Source of the DNA: an uncultured Actinomycetota bacterium | GTDB taxonomy: Bacteria; Actinomycetota; Actinomycetes; Actinomycetales; Microbacteriaceae | DNA: 64,000 nt | Direction of reading: 5' to 3' | Assembly: GCA_963771645.1 (NCBI GenBank) | Contig: CAVYUH010000014.1 | Span: 62,146-126,145 of the forward strand | Shown: positions 47,726 through 59,521 of the stretch, one piece after another | Layout of the letters: each line of letters starts with the position of its first letter | How positions within the stretch are numbered: position 1 is the first letter of the stretch | Translations under genes and position numbers: made by a program | Notes under the pieces: generated by a model | Seen by the model: only the letters and a program-made list of their open reading frames with translations | What the model was told of the DNA's origin: nothing | Databases searched by the model: none

Positions 47726-48913
47726 ATGACGACCGCGACCGGGCCCACGCCGGTCCGCCGGCACACGGCGGGCATCCGCCGCGGGCAGGCGGCCGCCGGC
47801 TACCTCTTCACGGCACCGGCGGTGATCGTGCTCGCCGTCTTCCTCGTGATCCCGATCTTCATGGCCCTCTGGGTCAGCTTCAGCGACTGGGGCGGCCGCG
47901 GCTCGCCCTTCTCCCCCGACGTGCACTTCGTCGGCCTGAAGAACTACGCCGGCGATCACCTCCGGCGGCGGGCTCGCCGAGCAGGACTTCGGCACGTCGC
48001 TGCGCAACAACCTCTGGTTCGTGATCGTCGTGGTCCCGACCGCAGACCGTGCTCGCGCTGCTGCTCGCGGTGCTCGTGAACAACCGGATCCTGAAGGGCC
48101 GCGGCTTCTTCCGCACCGCCTTCTACTTCCCGTCGGTGACGAGCTCCGTGGCCATCACGGTGCTCTGGTTCTTCCTCTTCAACCCGACCGGCGCCGTGAA
48201 CCAGCTCCTCGGCGCGATCGGGCTGCACGGGCCGAACTGGCCGGCGGATGCGAACGGCGTGCTGCACAACCTGCTCGCGCTGGTCGGCGTGCAGAACGGC
48301 CCCGCGTTCCTCGTCGAACGGCGGCTTCCTCGGCGTGAGCTGGTGGGACTGGCTGTCCGGACCGTCCGTCGGGATGATGATCATCATCACGATGGTCGTC
48401 TTCACGACCAGCGGCACCTTCATGCTGCTGTTCATCGCGGCGCTGCAGAACCTCTCCCAGGAGGTCGAGGAGGCGGCGATGGTCGACGGCGCGAGCGCCT
48501 GGCAGCGGTTCCGGCTCGTCACGCTGCCGCAGCTGCGCGCCGACCCTCTTCACCGTGCTGACCCTCGGCCTGATCGGCACCTGGCAGGTCTTCGACCAGG
48601 TGCTCGTCGGGAGCCAGGGCGACCCGGGCAAGACCACGCTGACGCCGGCGTACCTCTCCTACGTCGCCGGCTTCACGAACAACGAGTGGGGCGAGGCGGC
48701 CGCGATCGCCTTCATCCTGTTCGCGATCATCGTCGCGTTCACGCTGCTGCAGCGCTGGGTGCTCCGTGAGCGGGGCGTCTCGAACCGCCGGATGCGCCGC
48801 GAGCGGCTTCGGCGGAGCGGGCGACGGCGACGTACGACCGCCGCCGACCGCCTGCTCGCCGCCGCGGCCATCGCGGCGCCGATCGACCGGGACTCGTCGG
48901 AGGGACCCTGTGA
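47726..48913 (+). CDS. Sugar ABC transporter permease (MalF-type; indels)
   Basis: [38 protein letters not shown]. Confidence 0.85.
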
Positions 48914-49821
48914 CCGCCACCACCACCGCGCCCGGCGCGTGCCGTCGCGCCCGTCGACGACCGCCTCCGCCGCAGGGCGGCCGCGCCGGCGGCGGTTCCG
49001 CCTCGGCGGCGGCGCTGCTCTACCTCGTGCTGATCGTCATCGCGATCATCTACATCTTCCCGTTCCTCATCGAGCTCTCCACGTCGTTCAAGACGGAGAC
49101 GGACGCGGCGACCGACCCGCTCGCCCTCATCCCGCCCACCTGGACGACCGCCGCCTACACGTACCTGTTCGCGAACTCCGACTTCCCGCTCTGGTTCGCG
49201 CAACTCCGCGATCGTGACGGTCGCGGTGACGATCGGCCGCACGCTGTTCGACTCGGCCGCGGGCTACGCGCTCGCCCGGCTGCGGTTCGGCGGCCGGAAC
49301 GCGCTCTACGCCGGCCTCATCGCCGTGATGGCCGTGCCCGGGCGTCGTGCTGCTGATCCCGAAGTTCCTCGTCATCAACCAGCTCGGGATGTACGACTCC
49401 TACTCGGGCATGATCGTGCCGCTGATCGCGGACGCCGCCGGGGTCTTCATCATGAAGAACTTCTTCGAGTCGATCCCGGTCGCCGTCGAGGAGGCGGCGC
49501 GGATCGACGGGGCCGGCACGCGTGCGCCTGTTCTGGTCGGTGATCCTGCCGATGGCGCGGCCCGCGCTCGTCACGATCGTGATCCTGTCGTTCCAGGGCT
49601 CCTGGAACGAGCTGGCCCACTTCATCGTCTCGACCTCGAGCCCGAACCTCTTCACGCTGACGAAGGGCGTGGCGACGCTCTCGTCCGGTGCGGTCGGCTC
49701 CGCGAAGCGCTACCCGGTGCAGCTCGGGGCGGCGGCGATCATGACGATCCCGGTCGCGGTCCTGTTCATCGTCTTCCAGAAGCGGATCACGAACACCGCG
49801 ACCGGCGCCGTCAAGGAGTAG
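48910..49821 (+). CDS. Sugar ABC transporter permease (MalG-type; indels)
   Basis: [30 protein letters not shown]. Confidence 0.85.
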
Positions 49822-50366
49822 CGGCTCTCGCCGAGTCCTTCGACGACCTCGGCGCCGGGCAGCCCGGCGAGCACGGCGCCGGGGAGGAGCAGCTTCGAGC
49901 CGCGGATCCCGGATCCGATCAGCACCAGCGGCAGCGGGACCACGTCGGCGTCGAGCAGGATCGGCCACTCGGCCGGCAGCCCGATCGGGGTGATGCCGCC
50001 GTACTCCATGCCGCTGCGGGCGACGGCGTCGTCCTGCGGCAGGAAGGACGCCTTCCGCACGTCGAGGCGCTTGCGCACGACGCCGTTGACGTCGGCCCGC
50101 TTGGTCGAGGGGATGAGGCAGGCCGCCACGCGCTCCGCGCCCTCGCGGCGGCCCGCGACGACGACGCAGTTCACGAGGGTCGCCGGGTCGAGCCCGAAGA
50201 CCTCCTGCGTCGCGGCCGTCTCCGAGATCGCCGGGTCGATGGCGAACACGCCGATCGCGTCCCCGAGCCCGTGCGCGGCGACGAAGGCGGCGACCGGAGC
50301 GCCGAGCAGATCGGGCCGCTCCCCCGCGGGCACCGCCTCGATGCTGCCGAGCCGGAACACCGTCAT
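49710..50366 (-). CDS. YbaK/EbsC family protein (3' end uncertain; overlaps convergent permease)
   Basis: [41 protein letters not shown]. Confidence 0.82.
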   Translation of the reverse strand: MTVFRLGSIEAVPAGERPDLLGAPVAAFVAAHGLGDAIGVFAIDPAISETAATQEVFGLDPATLVNCVVVAGRREGAERVAACLIPSTKRADVNGVVRKRLDVRKASFLPQDDAVARSGMEYGGITPIGLPAEWPILLDADVVPLPLVLIGSGIRGSKLLLPGAVLAGLPGAEVVEGLGESRYSLTAPVAVFVIRFWKTMNRTATGIVMIAAAPSCTG

Positions 50367-50926
50367 CAGATCACCCAGTTGTGCTCGGACGCGTCGGACG
50401 GCGAGCGCGGACGGGCGGTCGCCGGCATGCCGAGCACGAGCGAGTGGGCGGGGGCGTCGTGGACGACGACCGCGCCGGCGCCGACGACGCTGTCCGCGCC
50501 GACGGTGATCGGTCCGAGCAGGGTGGCGCCCGCGCCGATGAGCACCCGGTCGCCGACGGTCGGATGGCGCTTCACATGCCGCCACGTCGTGCCGCCGAGG
50601 GTGACCCCGTGGTACAGCGTGACGTCGTCGCCGATCTCGGCGGTCTCGCCGATCACGACGCCCGAGCCGTGGTCGATGAAGAGCCGGCGGCCGATCGTCG
50701 CGCCGGGGTGGATCTCCACCCCGGTCAGGAAGCGGGTCAGCTGCGACAGCAGCCGTGCGGCGAAGCGGTGCCCGGACGCATGGATGCGGTGGGCGACCCG
50801 GTACGACCAGACGGCGTGCAGCCCGGGATAGGTGAGGGCGGCCTCGACGCGCGACCGGGCCGCGGGATCACGGTGCTTCGCGGCCTCGAGGTCCTCGCGG
50901 ATGCCGAGGAAGGAGCGACCGCTCAC
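50366..50926 (-). CDS. cysE: Serine O-acetyltransferase
   Basis: [40 protein letters not shown]. Confidence 0.93.
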   Translation of the reverse strand: MSGRSFLGIREDLEAAKHRDPAARSRVEAALTYPGLHAVWSYRVAHRIHASGHRFAARLLSQLTRFLTGVEIHPGATIGRRLFIDHGSGVVIGETAEIGDDVTLYHGVTLGGTTWRHVKRHPTVGDRVLIGAGATLLGPITVGADSVVGAGAVVVHDAPAHSLVLGMPATARPRSPSDASEHNWVI

Positions 50927-51859
50927 ACGTCCAGGTCCTCGTACAGGACCGTCGAGAGGTACCGCTCGCCGTAGCTGGCGAGGATGACGACGATCGTCTT
51001 GCCGGCGTTCTCCGGCCGCTTCGCGAGCTGCACGGCGGCGTGCACCGTGGCGCCGGACGAGATGCCGCCGAGGATGCCCTCCTCCTGGCCGAGCCGGCGG
51101 GCCATCGCGACCGACTCGGCGATGTCGACGTCGATCACCTCGTCGTAGACGGCGCGGTCGAGCACGTCGGGCACGAAGTTCGCGCCGATGCCCTGGATCT
51201 TGTGCGGGCCGGGCGCGCCGCCGTTCAGGATCGGCGACTCCTTCGGCTCGACGGCGACGACCTGCAGGCCGGGCTTCTGCTCCTTCAGGTAGCTGCCCGC
51301 GCCGGTGATCGTGCCGCCGGTGCCGATGCCCGCGACGAAGACGTCGACGGCGCCGTCGGTGTCCGCCCAGATCTCGGGGCCGGTCGTGGCGCGGTGGATC
51401 GCGGGGTTCGCCTCGTTCTCGAACTGGCGGGCGAGCACGGCGCCCGGCCGCTCGGCGGCGATCTGCTCGGCGCGGGAGACGGCGCCCTTCATGCCCTCCG
51501 ACGGCGGCGTGAGCACGAGCTCGGCGCCGTAGGCCCGCAGCAGCTTGCGGCGCTCGATCGACATCGACTCGGGCATGGCGAGCACGACCTTGTAGCCGCG
51601 GGCGGCGCCGACCATCGCGAGGGCGATGCCGGTGTTGCCGCTCGTGCCCTCGACGATCGTGCCGCCGGGCTGCAGCGCGCCGGCGCGCTCCGCCGCGTCG
51701 ACGATCGCGATGCCGAGCCGGTCCTTCACGCTGGACGACGGGTTGTAGAACTCGAGCTTCGCGAGCACCGTGGCGCCTGCGCCGTCGGTCACGCGGTTGA
51801 GCCTGCACGAGCGGGGTCGAGCCGAAGGCCTCGGTGATGGACGAGTGGATGCGAGCCAT
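50923..51859 (-). CDS. cysK: Cysteine synthase A (indel near 51805)
   Basis: [41 protein letters not shown]. Confidence 0.93.
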
Positions 51860-51917
51860 GCGCTCAGCCTAAGGCGGCGCGCCGCTGCTCCTGCCGGGCC
51901 GCTGGGAGGATCGCGGG

Positions 51918-52433
51918 ATGACCGACACGGACCTCGCCCTCCGGGAGGCGCTCGCCCGGATCCCCCGCCCGTGGGATCCGGAGGACATGCGGGAGACCCT
52001 CGCAGCGCTGCATGCGGTCCTCGACCGGTTCCCGAACGAGGCGCTCGCGCTCGCCGAGGTCGGCGGCGGCTACGACACCGCCGGGGAGGAGGCGACGGCC
52101 GCCTCCTACTACGAGCGCGCCCTCGCTGCGGGCCTCGCCGGAGAGGACCTCCGCCGGGTCCTGCTGCAGCACGGCAGCACGCTGCGGAACCTCGGGCGCG
52201 TCGACGAGTCGCTGCGGGTGCTCGAGGACGCTCGCGCCCGGTTCCCCGGGTCGGAGTCGCTCCGTGCGTTCCACGCCCTGTCCCTGCACGCGGCAGGCCG
52301 GTCCGGCGCCGCGGTGGCGGAGCTCCTGCTGCTCGCCGCCGACGCCGTCCCTGCCGCGGATCTCCAGCGCTACGAGCGGTCGATCCGGGGCTACGCCGCG
52401 GCGCTCGCCGAGGACGACGGCCCCCGGACCTGA
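51918..52433 (+). CDS. Tetratricopeptide repeat protein
   Basis: [22 protein letters not shown]...GSTLRNLGR. Confidence 0.82.
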   Translation: MTDTDLALREALARIPRPWDPEDMRETLAALHAVLDRFPNEALALAEVGGGYDTAGEEATAASYYERALAAGLAGEDLRRVLLQHGSTLRNLGRVDESLRVLEDARARFPGSESLRAFHALSLHAAGRSGAAVAELLLLAADAVPAADLQRYERSIRGYAAALAEDDGPRT

Positions 52434-52515
52434 AAGACGGATATGACCAGCCGCTGCCACGCATCCGAGCCCGGCACCGCGCGTACCCTGGCGGCTTGAG
52501 GAAGAAGGTCCCGTC

Positions 52516-53570
52516 ATGACGCACCGCGCCCTCCGCTGGCTGCCCGCCGTGATCGCCCCCGTCGTCGTCGCGGGCGCCGTCGCGCTGCCCCTTGCCGCCA
52601 CCGCATCGACCGACCTGCCGGCGAGGTCCGCCGCCCAGGTGCTCGCGCTGGTCGCCCACGCGCGCTCGCTGCCCGGCTACACCGGCGAGATCAGCCAGAC
52701 CTCCGACCTCGGCCTGCCGCAGCTGCCGAGCACCGGCGCCGGCTCCGACTCGCAGACCGCCTCCACCCTGAACCTGCTCACCGGCTCCCACCGCGCCTCG
52801 ATCGCGGTCGACGGCACGTCGAGGAGCCGCATCGCGGTGCAGGACTCGATGGGCGAGCGCGACGTCGTGCGCAACGGCGGCACCGTCTGGTTCTGGGACT
52901 CCGCGAAGAGCTCGGCCGAGCAGGTCACCGCCTCCGGCGCCCGCACCGCTCCCGACGACGGGACGACGATGACGCCGCAGTCGGCCGCGGAGGAGGCGAT
53001 CGCCCGGATCACGCCCTCGACCGACGTGACCGTCGACACCACCACGAGCGTCGCCGGCCACGACGCCTACACGCTCGTGCTCACCCCGAAGGCGTCGGAC
53101 ACGACCGTCGGCTCCGTGCGCATCGCCGTGGACGGCACGACCGGACTGCCGCTGCGCGTGCAGCTCTTCGCCCAGGGCGCCGCATCACCCGCCTTCGAGG
53201 TGGCGTTCTCGCAGCTCGACTACAGCGTGCCCGCGGCCTCCCGCTTCGACTTCACCGCACCGTCCGGCGCGAAGGTCGAGCAGCACACGGTGACGCCCGG
53301 TGCGCAGCGCCCGTCCACCGGCGCAGCAGCCCGCGGCGAAGCCGACGGTGACCGGCTCCGGCTGGGACGCGGTCGTCACGGTGCCCGCGGCGGACGTCCC
53401 GGCCTCGCTCGCCTCGAACGCGACCTTCATGCACCTCACCACGGACGTCGGCGACGGTGCCCGTGCGCTCTCGACCTCGCTCGTGAACGTGCTGCGTCAC
53501 GTCCGACGGACGGGTGCTGGCCGGTGCGGTGCCGCTCAGCCGCCTGCAGGCGCTCGCCGCCCAGGGCTGA
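52516..53570 (+). CDS. Secreted LolA-like (DUF2092-type) protein (indels)
   Basis: Signal/TM segment; SDLGLPQLP; [13 protein letters not shown]; [15 protein letters not shown]; [11 protein letters not shown]. Confidence 0.78.
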
Positions 53571-53577
53571 GCCGCGG

Positions 53578-54528
53578 GTGGGAGAGGCCGCGCACGCCGT
53601 CCTGACGCACGGCCTCACGAAGCGGTTCGGATCGAGGAACGCCGTCGACGGCATCGACCTCGCCGTCCCGACCGGCAGCGTGTTCGGGTTCCTCGGGCCG
53701 AACGGGTCCGGCAAGACCACGACCATCCGGATGCTCCTCGGCCTGATCGGGGCGACGAGCGGCTCGGTGGAGGTGCTCGGCGAGCCGATGCCCGACCGCT
53801 GGGCCTCCGTGCTGCCCCGGGTCGGTGCGCTGGTCGAGGGCCCCGGCTTCGCGCCCGTACCTCTCGGGCGCCGCGAACCTCCGCCGCCTCGACTCCGCGG
53901 ATCGGCGCGCCGACGGCCGCACCCGCTCGCAGCCGGATCGCGGATGCGCTCGACCGCGTCGGCCTGAGCGCCGCCGCCGGCAAGAAGGTGAAGGCGTACT
54001 CGCTCGGCATGAAGCAGCGGCTCGGCCTCGCGAACGCCCTGCTGCGGCCGCGGGACCTGCTCGTGCTCGACGAGCCGACGAACGGCCTCGACCCGCAGGG
54101 CACCCGCGAGGTGCGGGCCCTCGTGCGCGCGCTCGCCGGCGACGGCACGACGGTCTTCGTCTCGAGCCACCTGCTCGCGGAGATCGAGCAGCTCTGCAGC
54201 CACGTCGGCGTGATGCGGGCCGGCCGGATCGTCGCGCAGGGCACGCTCGACGAGCTGCGCGGCCCCGGGACGGCGATGGTCCGGATCACGACGCCCGATC
54301 CCGGCGCCGCCGCCCGCGTGCTCGCCGACCGCGGCATGGCGCCCGCGCTGCCCGACGGTCCCGACCGGCGACGTGCGGGGCGTGCTGCCGGACGGCCTCG
54401 CCCCCGAGGCGCTCGTCGCGGCCCTCGTCGCCGCCGGGGTGCGGGTGCGCGGCTTCGCCGTCGACGAGCCGAGCCTCGAGGACCGGTTCGTCGCGCTCAC
54501 CGGGGAGGGCTTCGATGTGGAGGGCTGA
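53578..54528 (+). CDS. ABC-2 transporter ATP-binding protein (indels)
   Basis: [30 protein letters not shown]. Confidence 0.9.
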
Positions 54529-55334
54529 CCTGCTCGGCAGCGAGCTGTCCGTGCTGTTCCGACGCCGCCGCACCTGGGCGATGCTGATCGCGCTCGCGGC
54601 CGTGCCGGTGCTCGTGGCGGTCGCGGTGCGCATCTCCGAGGGACGCGGCGGCGACGGCCGGGGGCCCGCCTTGATCGGCGCGATCGCGGGGAACGGGCTG
54701 TTCGTCGGGGTCGCGTCCCTCGTGCTCGCGATACCGCTGTTCCTGCCGCTCACGATCGGGGTGGTCGCGGGCGACACGATCGCCGGGGAGGCGAGCCAGG
54801 GCACGCTCCGCTACCTGCTCGTGGTGCCGGCGGGCCGCACCCGGCTGCTCGTCGTGAAGTTCCTCGGCGCGGCGGCGTTCGCGATCGCGGCGCCGCTCGC
54901 CGTCGTGCTCGCCGGCACGCTGATCGGCTGGGCGCTGTTCCCGATCGGGCCGGTCACCCTGCTGTCCGGCGACCAGGTGCCCGGTGGCCGAAGGACTGCT
55001 GCGGCTGCTGCTCATCGGCCTCTACGTCGCCGTCGCGATGCTCGGGATGACCGCGATCGGCCTGTTCGTCTCGACCATCACCGACGTGCCCGTCGGCGCG
55101 ATGGCGGCGACCGTCGTGCTCGCCGTCGCCTCCGAGGTGCTCGACCAGCTGCCGCAGATCGCCTGGCTGCACCCGTGGCTGTTCACCGACTCGTGGCTCG
55201 GCCTCATCGACCTGCTGCGCCAGCCGCCGCTCTGGTCGACCTTCGGCACGAACGCGCTCCTGCAGGGCGCCTACGTGCTCGTCTTCGGCGCGCTGGCCTA
55301 CGGGCGCTTCACGACCCGGGACGTCCTCGCCTGA
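54515..55334 (+). CDS. ABC-2 transporter permease (indel)
   Basis: AGDTIAGEASQGTLRYLL; FTTRDV C-terminus. Confidence 0.85.
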
Positions 55335-55429
55335 CGCCCCCGCTTGCGGCGAGCGCGGCGTGCGCCGTCCGTGCGTCCCGGCGTTCGCGAAGTAGGGTCG
55401 ATCCGCAGCCGCGGCCGGAGGGCAGACCG

Positions 55430-56102
55430 ACGAAGATCATCAGCTACAACCTGCGCGAGCACACCGCGAGCGGCGAGCTCGCAGGCATCGCGGACGAGTA
55501 CGACGCCGATGTGCTCTGCCTCCAGGAGTGCGACTCCACGGACATGCCGGAGCACCTCGGATCGATGACGCTCGTCGACCAGACGAAGGGGAACCGGCTC
55601 GGCCTCGCCATGTACCTGCGCCAGGACCGGTTCGAGGTGCACCGCACCAAGGTCTTCGCCCTGCGCAAGTCGCTGCACGACCGCGTGATGGCGCCGGCAC
55701 ACGAACGCCTCCTCGCCGCGCACCTCACCGACCGTGTCGACCGGATGCGAGGTGCTCGTCGGCGACTTCCACGCCGCGCCGCTCACCGCCTCGAACTCGC
55801 TGCGCCGCAAGCAGATCGCGGCCGCCCATGAGGGCATGCGCACCATGAAGGCGGACATCCCCGCCGTCATGGTCGGCGACTTCAACTACCCGTGGTTCGT
55901 CCGCGGCCTCGAGCGGCGGCTGTCGACCACCGGGTACCAGCTGACCCGCACGAACGCGCCGACCTACGTGCGCTACCGCTACTTCAGCGGCTACTTCGAC
56001 TTCGTCACCTCGACCGGGTTCGAGATCGACGAGATCGACGTGCTCCCGCAGGGTGCGTCGGACCACCTGCCGATCAGCCTGACGGCGCGGATCGCCGCTT
56101 AG
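55430..56102 (+). CDS. Endonuclease/exonuclease/phosphatase family protein (apparent ACG start; indel)
   Basis: KIISYNL, CLQE, HAAP, GDFN, SDHLP. Confidence 0.82.
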
Positions 56103-56461
56103 TCCGGCAGTCCACCGGCCGTCGGCCTGCGCCCGCTCCACCTGCGCCAGGCCCGCGGGCCGCATCCGGCCCTCGGCGATCAGTCGCAGCGCGATGCCGC
56201 GGTTGCGCGCCGACCAGGAGCTCCGCGCTCGCCGCGGCGTGAAGACGACCCCGGTGTACCGCTCGTCGACGCGGCCGATGCGGGAGTCGATCCAGCCGAA
56301 GCAGAGCGCGACCTCGATCGCCTCGACCAGCGACGGGCCCGGCCGCACCGCTGCGCTGCTTCGGGACGGCGAGCCGCGCGCCCGGAGATGCGGCGTGGTT
56401 CGCCTCCAGCCACGCCTCCCAGGCGGCCGCGTCGCGCGACGACGAGCAGGTCCGGTTCCAC
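56099..56461 (-). CDS. YdeI/OmdA-like protein, N-terminal part only (indels; end approximate)
   Basis: AWEAWLEANH; ALCFGWIDS; FTPRRARSSWS; GRMRPAG. Confidence 0.72.
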
Positions 56462-56593
56462 GCCGCAGTCGACAGCACGGCGCACGCCCCGCCCGCAACC
56501 TGGAAGCACTCTGCGAACCTCTCGGAGACTCCCAGGATCGCTCCCTAGCGTCCTGTCGTCTCGGCAGCGGAGCCGGGCGGAGATGGAGCAGCG

Positions 56594-58047
56594 GTGACAG
56601 CGACGAGCACCCGATCGACCGGATCGGTGAGGAGCCTCATTCCCGCCCGCATGGACCGGCTGCCGTGGGCGAAGTTCCACTGGACCGTGGTGCTCGGCCT
56701 CGGGACGGCCTGGATCCTCGACGGGCTCGAGATCCAGATGGTCTCCGAGAACGGCTACGCCAAGCAGCTCGGGATGAACTCCGCGGAGGTCGGTCTACCG
56801 GCTCGATCTACCTCCTCGGCGAGGTGGTGGGTGCCCTCGTCTTCGGACGGCTGTCCGACCGGCTCGGCCGGAAGCGGTTCTTCATCCTCACCCTGTTCAT
56901 CTACCTGATCGGGTCGGGCATCGCGGGCTTCGCCTTCGCGCCGTGGTTCCTCTGGGTGTTCCGCTTCATCGCGGGCATGGGCATCGGAGGCGAGTACACG
57001 GCCATCAACTCCGCGATCGACGAGATCATCCCGTCGAAGTACCGCGGCCGCGTCGACCTCGCCATCAACGGCACGTACTGGGGCGGAGCGGCGCTCGGCG
57101 CCGCGGCGAACCTGTTCCTCCTCGCCCCTGGTTCGTTCCTCGAGTCGAGCGGTTGGGGCTGGCGCATCGGCTTCTGGATCGGTCCGGTGCTCGGCCTCTT
57201 CATCATCTTCCTGCGGCGCAACATCCCCGAGAGCCCGAGATGGCAGATCACGCACGGGCAGGAGGACGAGGCCGAGCGCAACGTCCGCCGCATCGAGCAG
57301 GAGGTCGAGGCCGAGTCCGGCACGCGGCTCGAGCAGCTGCCGGACGACAAGGCCATCGAGATCACGCAGAGCGAGAGCATCCCCTTCAGCAAGGTCGCCT
57401 ACGTCTTCATCCGGCTCTACCCGAAGCGCACGATCGTCGCGTTCACGATGATGGTGACGCAGTCGTTCCTCTACAACGCGATCTTCTTCAGCTACGCCCT
57501 CGTGCTGTCGAACTTCTACGGCATCCCGGGCGGCAACGTGGGGTACTACTTCTTCCCCTTCGCGATCGGGAACCTGCTCGGGCCGATCGTGCTCGGGCCG
57601 CTGTTCGACACGATCGGCCGCAAGCAGATGATCTTCGCCACCTACGGCATCGCCGGTGTCGTCCTCGCGATCTCCGGAGCGCTGTTCCAGGCCGGGGCGC
57701 TGAACGCGGTGACCCAGACGATCTTCTGGTGCGTGTCGTTCTTCTTCGCCTCGGCGGGTGCGTCATCGGCGTACCTGACCGTGAGCGAGACCTTCCCCCT
57801 GCAGGTGCGAGGCCAGGCGATCTCGTACTTCTTCTCGATCGGCCAGCTCGTCGGGGCCTTCGCGCCGACCATCTTCGGCATCCTCGTCGGGGCCGGCAAG
57901 GACCGGAATCCGCTCGCCGTCGGCTACTACTTCGGCGCCGGGATGATGATCGTCGGCGGCATCGTGGCGCTGCTCTTCGGCGTCAGCGCTGAACGCAAGA
58001 GCCTGGAAGAGATCAGCGACATCAACTTCATGGCGGACGCCAAATGA
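56594..58047 (+). CDS. MFS transporter (sugar/aromatic acid porter-like; indel near 56797)
   Basis: RMDRLPW, GRLSDRLGRK, GGEYTAINSAIDE, PESPRW, SETFP. Confidence 0.9.
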
Positions 58048-58499
58048 GCGACGAGCAGCAGAACCACTCGGGCCGGGTGGTGGTCGGGGTCAGCCCGACC
58101 AGCGGATCCCCCGCCGCGCTGCGGTGGGGCGCGGCGGAGGCCGGACGGCTCGGTGCGCCGCTCGTCGCCCTGAGCGCCTGGCGCCCTCCCCGCGCGCCGA
58201 TCGCACCGGGCGGGCGGCCGCCCGCGATCACGTACGACTCCCGTCAGGCGGTCGACGAGGCGCGCAGCCGGCTCGCCGATCAGGTGCGCGACGCGCTCGG
58301 CGACGAGGTGGAGGTCGTGACGGAGGTGGTCCACGGCAGCACCTTCCGGGTGCTCCTGCAGGCGTCCGAGACCGCCGAGCTGCTCGTGCTCGACGCCCCG
58401 TCGCGGCTCGAGCTGCCCGAAGGCCCGACGCTCGCGCGCCGCCTGATCTACAACGCGGAGTGCCCGGTGGTGCTCATGCCGCCCAAGATCCTGGGCTGA
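58044..58499 (+). CDS. Universal stress protein
   Basis: VVVGV...AALRWGAAEA; AELLVL; AECPVVLMP. Confidence 0.82.
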   Translation: MSDEQQNHSGRVVVGVSPTSGSPAALRWGAAEAGRLGAPLVALSAWRPPRAPIAPGGRPPAITYDSRQAVDEARSRLADQVRDALGDEVEVVTEVVHGSTFRVLLQASETAELLVLDAPSRLELPEGPTLARRLIYNAECPVVLMPPKILG

Positions 58500-58521
58500 C
58501 GCAGCAGCCTGGCCGGGCGAT

Positions 58522-59115
58522 TCAGTCGAGCAGCCCGACCAGCCGGTAGACCGCGCCGGCCGGGCCGACGGTGCCGCGGAGGGGCTGCCGCCCGTCGCAG
58601 ACGAAGATGCGGCGCAGCAGCGCCTCGACGTCGGCAGCGACCCGCGGCCGCTCCTCGGTCCAGACCCGCCAGACGTCCTCGGCCCACGCCCGCGTGGCGG
58701 TGGCGTGCCCGGTGCTCGAGCCGATGCGCACGCCCTGCTCGGCGACGTCCCGCACGGTGAACCGGGCGCGGCCGACCGGCGGCTCGAAGATCGGCCACCA
58801 CTCCTCCGCGTGCCCCATGGAGTGGTGGATCACCCGCACCTCGTCGCCCGAGAAGCCGTGCTCCAGGGCGAGCCAGAGCCCGGCGAGCGCGTAGCCGAGA
58901 CGGATCGGGGTGGTCGGGCGGCCCGCGTGCTGCGCCCCGTAGGCGTCGACCGAGAGCTGGTGGTAGCGGAGCATCACCGGGTGCTGGAACTCGAAGCCGG
59001 ACACCTCCGCGTAGATGGCCGCGCACTCTGCTGAGGCGTTCATCGGGATCGCCGGGGCCGCCGCCTCGACGGGCAGCACGAGTCCGCAGCCCGTGCATTC
59101 CGTCGTGCGCCGCAC
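58522..59115 (-). CDS. DUF5946-like protein
   Basis: CTGCG, ASAEC, HQLSVDAYGAQH, WAEDVW. Confidence 0.7.
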   Translation of the reverse strand: MRRTTECTGCGLVLPVEAAAPAIPMNASAECAAIYAEVSGFEFQHPVMLRYHQLSVDAYGAQHAGRPTTPIRLGYALAGLWLALEHGFSGDEVRVIHHSMGHAEEWWPIFEPPVGRARFTVRDVAEQGVRIGSSTGHATATRAWAEDVWRVWTEERPRVAADVEALLRRIFVCDGRQPLRGTVGPAGAVYRLVGLLD

Positions 59116-59151
59116 CCCCTCAGCCTGCCACCCGCCGGCTGGTACCTCGGT

Positions 59152-59469
59152 TCATGCGTCGCCGCGCGCCTCCTGCAGCGCCGCCTCGAGGCGCTCGACC
59201 TTCCCCGTCAGCTCGCCGGTGTGCCCGGGGCGGAGGTCGGCCTTCAGCACCAGCGAGACCCGCGGCCCGTACTCCTGGACGGCCAGGGTCGCCCGCTTCA
59301 CCACGGCGAACACCTCGTCCCACTCCCCCTCCAGGGTCGTGAACATCGCGTCCGTGCGGTTCGGGAGCCCCGACTCGCGGACGATCCGCACCGCGGCCGC
59401 CACCGCGTCGTGGACGGAGCCGCCCGCCCCCACGCCACCCGTCGGACTCACCGAGAACGCCACAAGCAT
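59152..59469 (-). CDS. Thiamine-binding protein (DUF77/MTH1187)
   Basis: MLVAFSVSP...TDAMFTTLEGEWDEV...RVSLVLKADLRPG. Confidence 0.88.
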   Translation of the reverse strand: MLVAFSVSPTGGVGAGGSVHDAVAAAVRIVRESGLPNRTDAMFTTLEGEWDEVFAVVKRATLAVQEYGPRVSLVLKADLRPGHTGELTGKVERLEAALQEARGDA

Positions 59470-59521
59470 GGACGGACGGTACCGGATGCCGCTTCCAGCC
59501 GTCCGGGTGCAGGGTGGCCCC

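Noticed and set aside
49710-49821. 112-bp convergent overlap between ybaK and the permease as antisense regulation
   Set aside because: More simply a lost stop or an indel at the ybaK 3' end in an error-rich region
44462-49821. Programmed frameshifting or a pseudogene island
   Set aside because: No slippery sites or consistent direction; motifs and operator are intact; same indel pattern as in housekeeping genes
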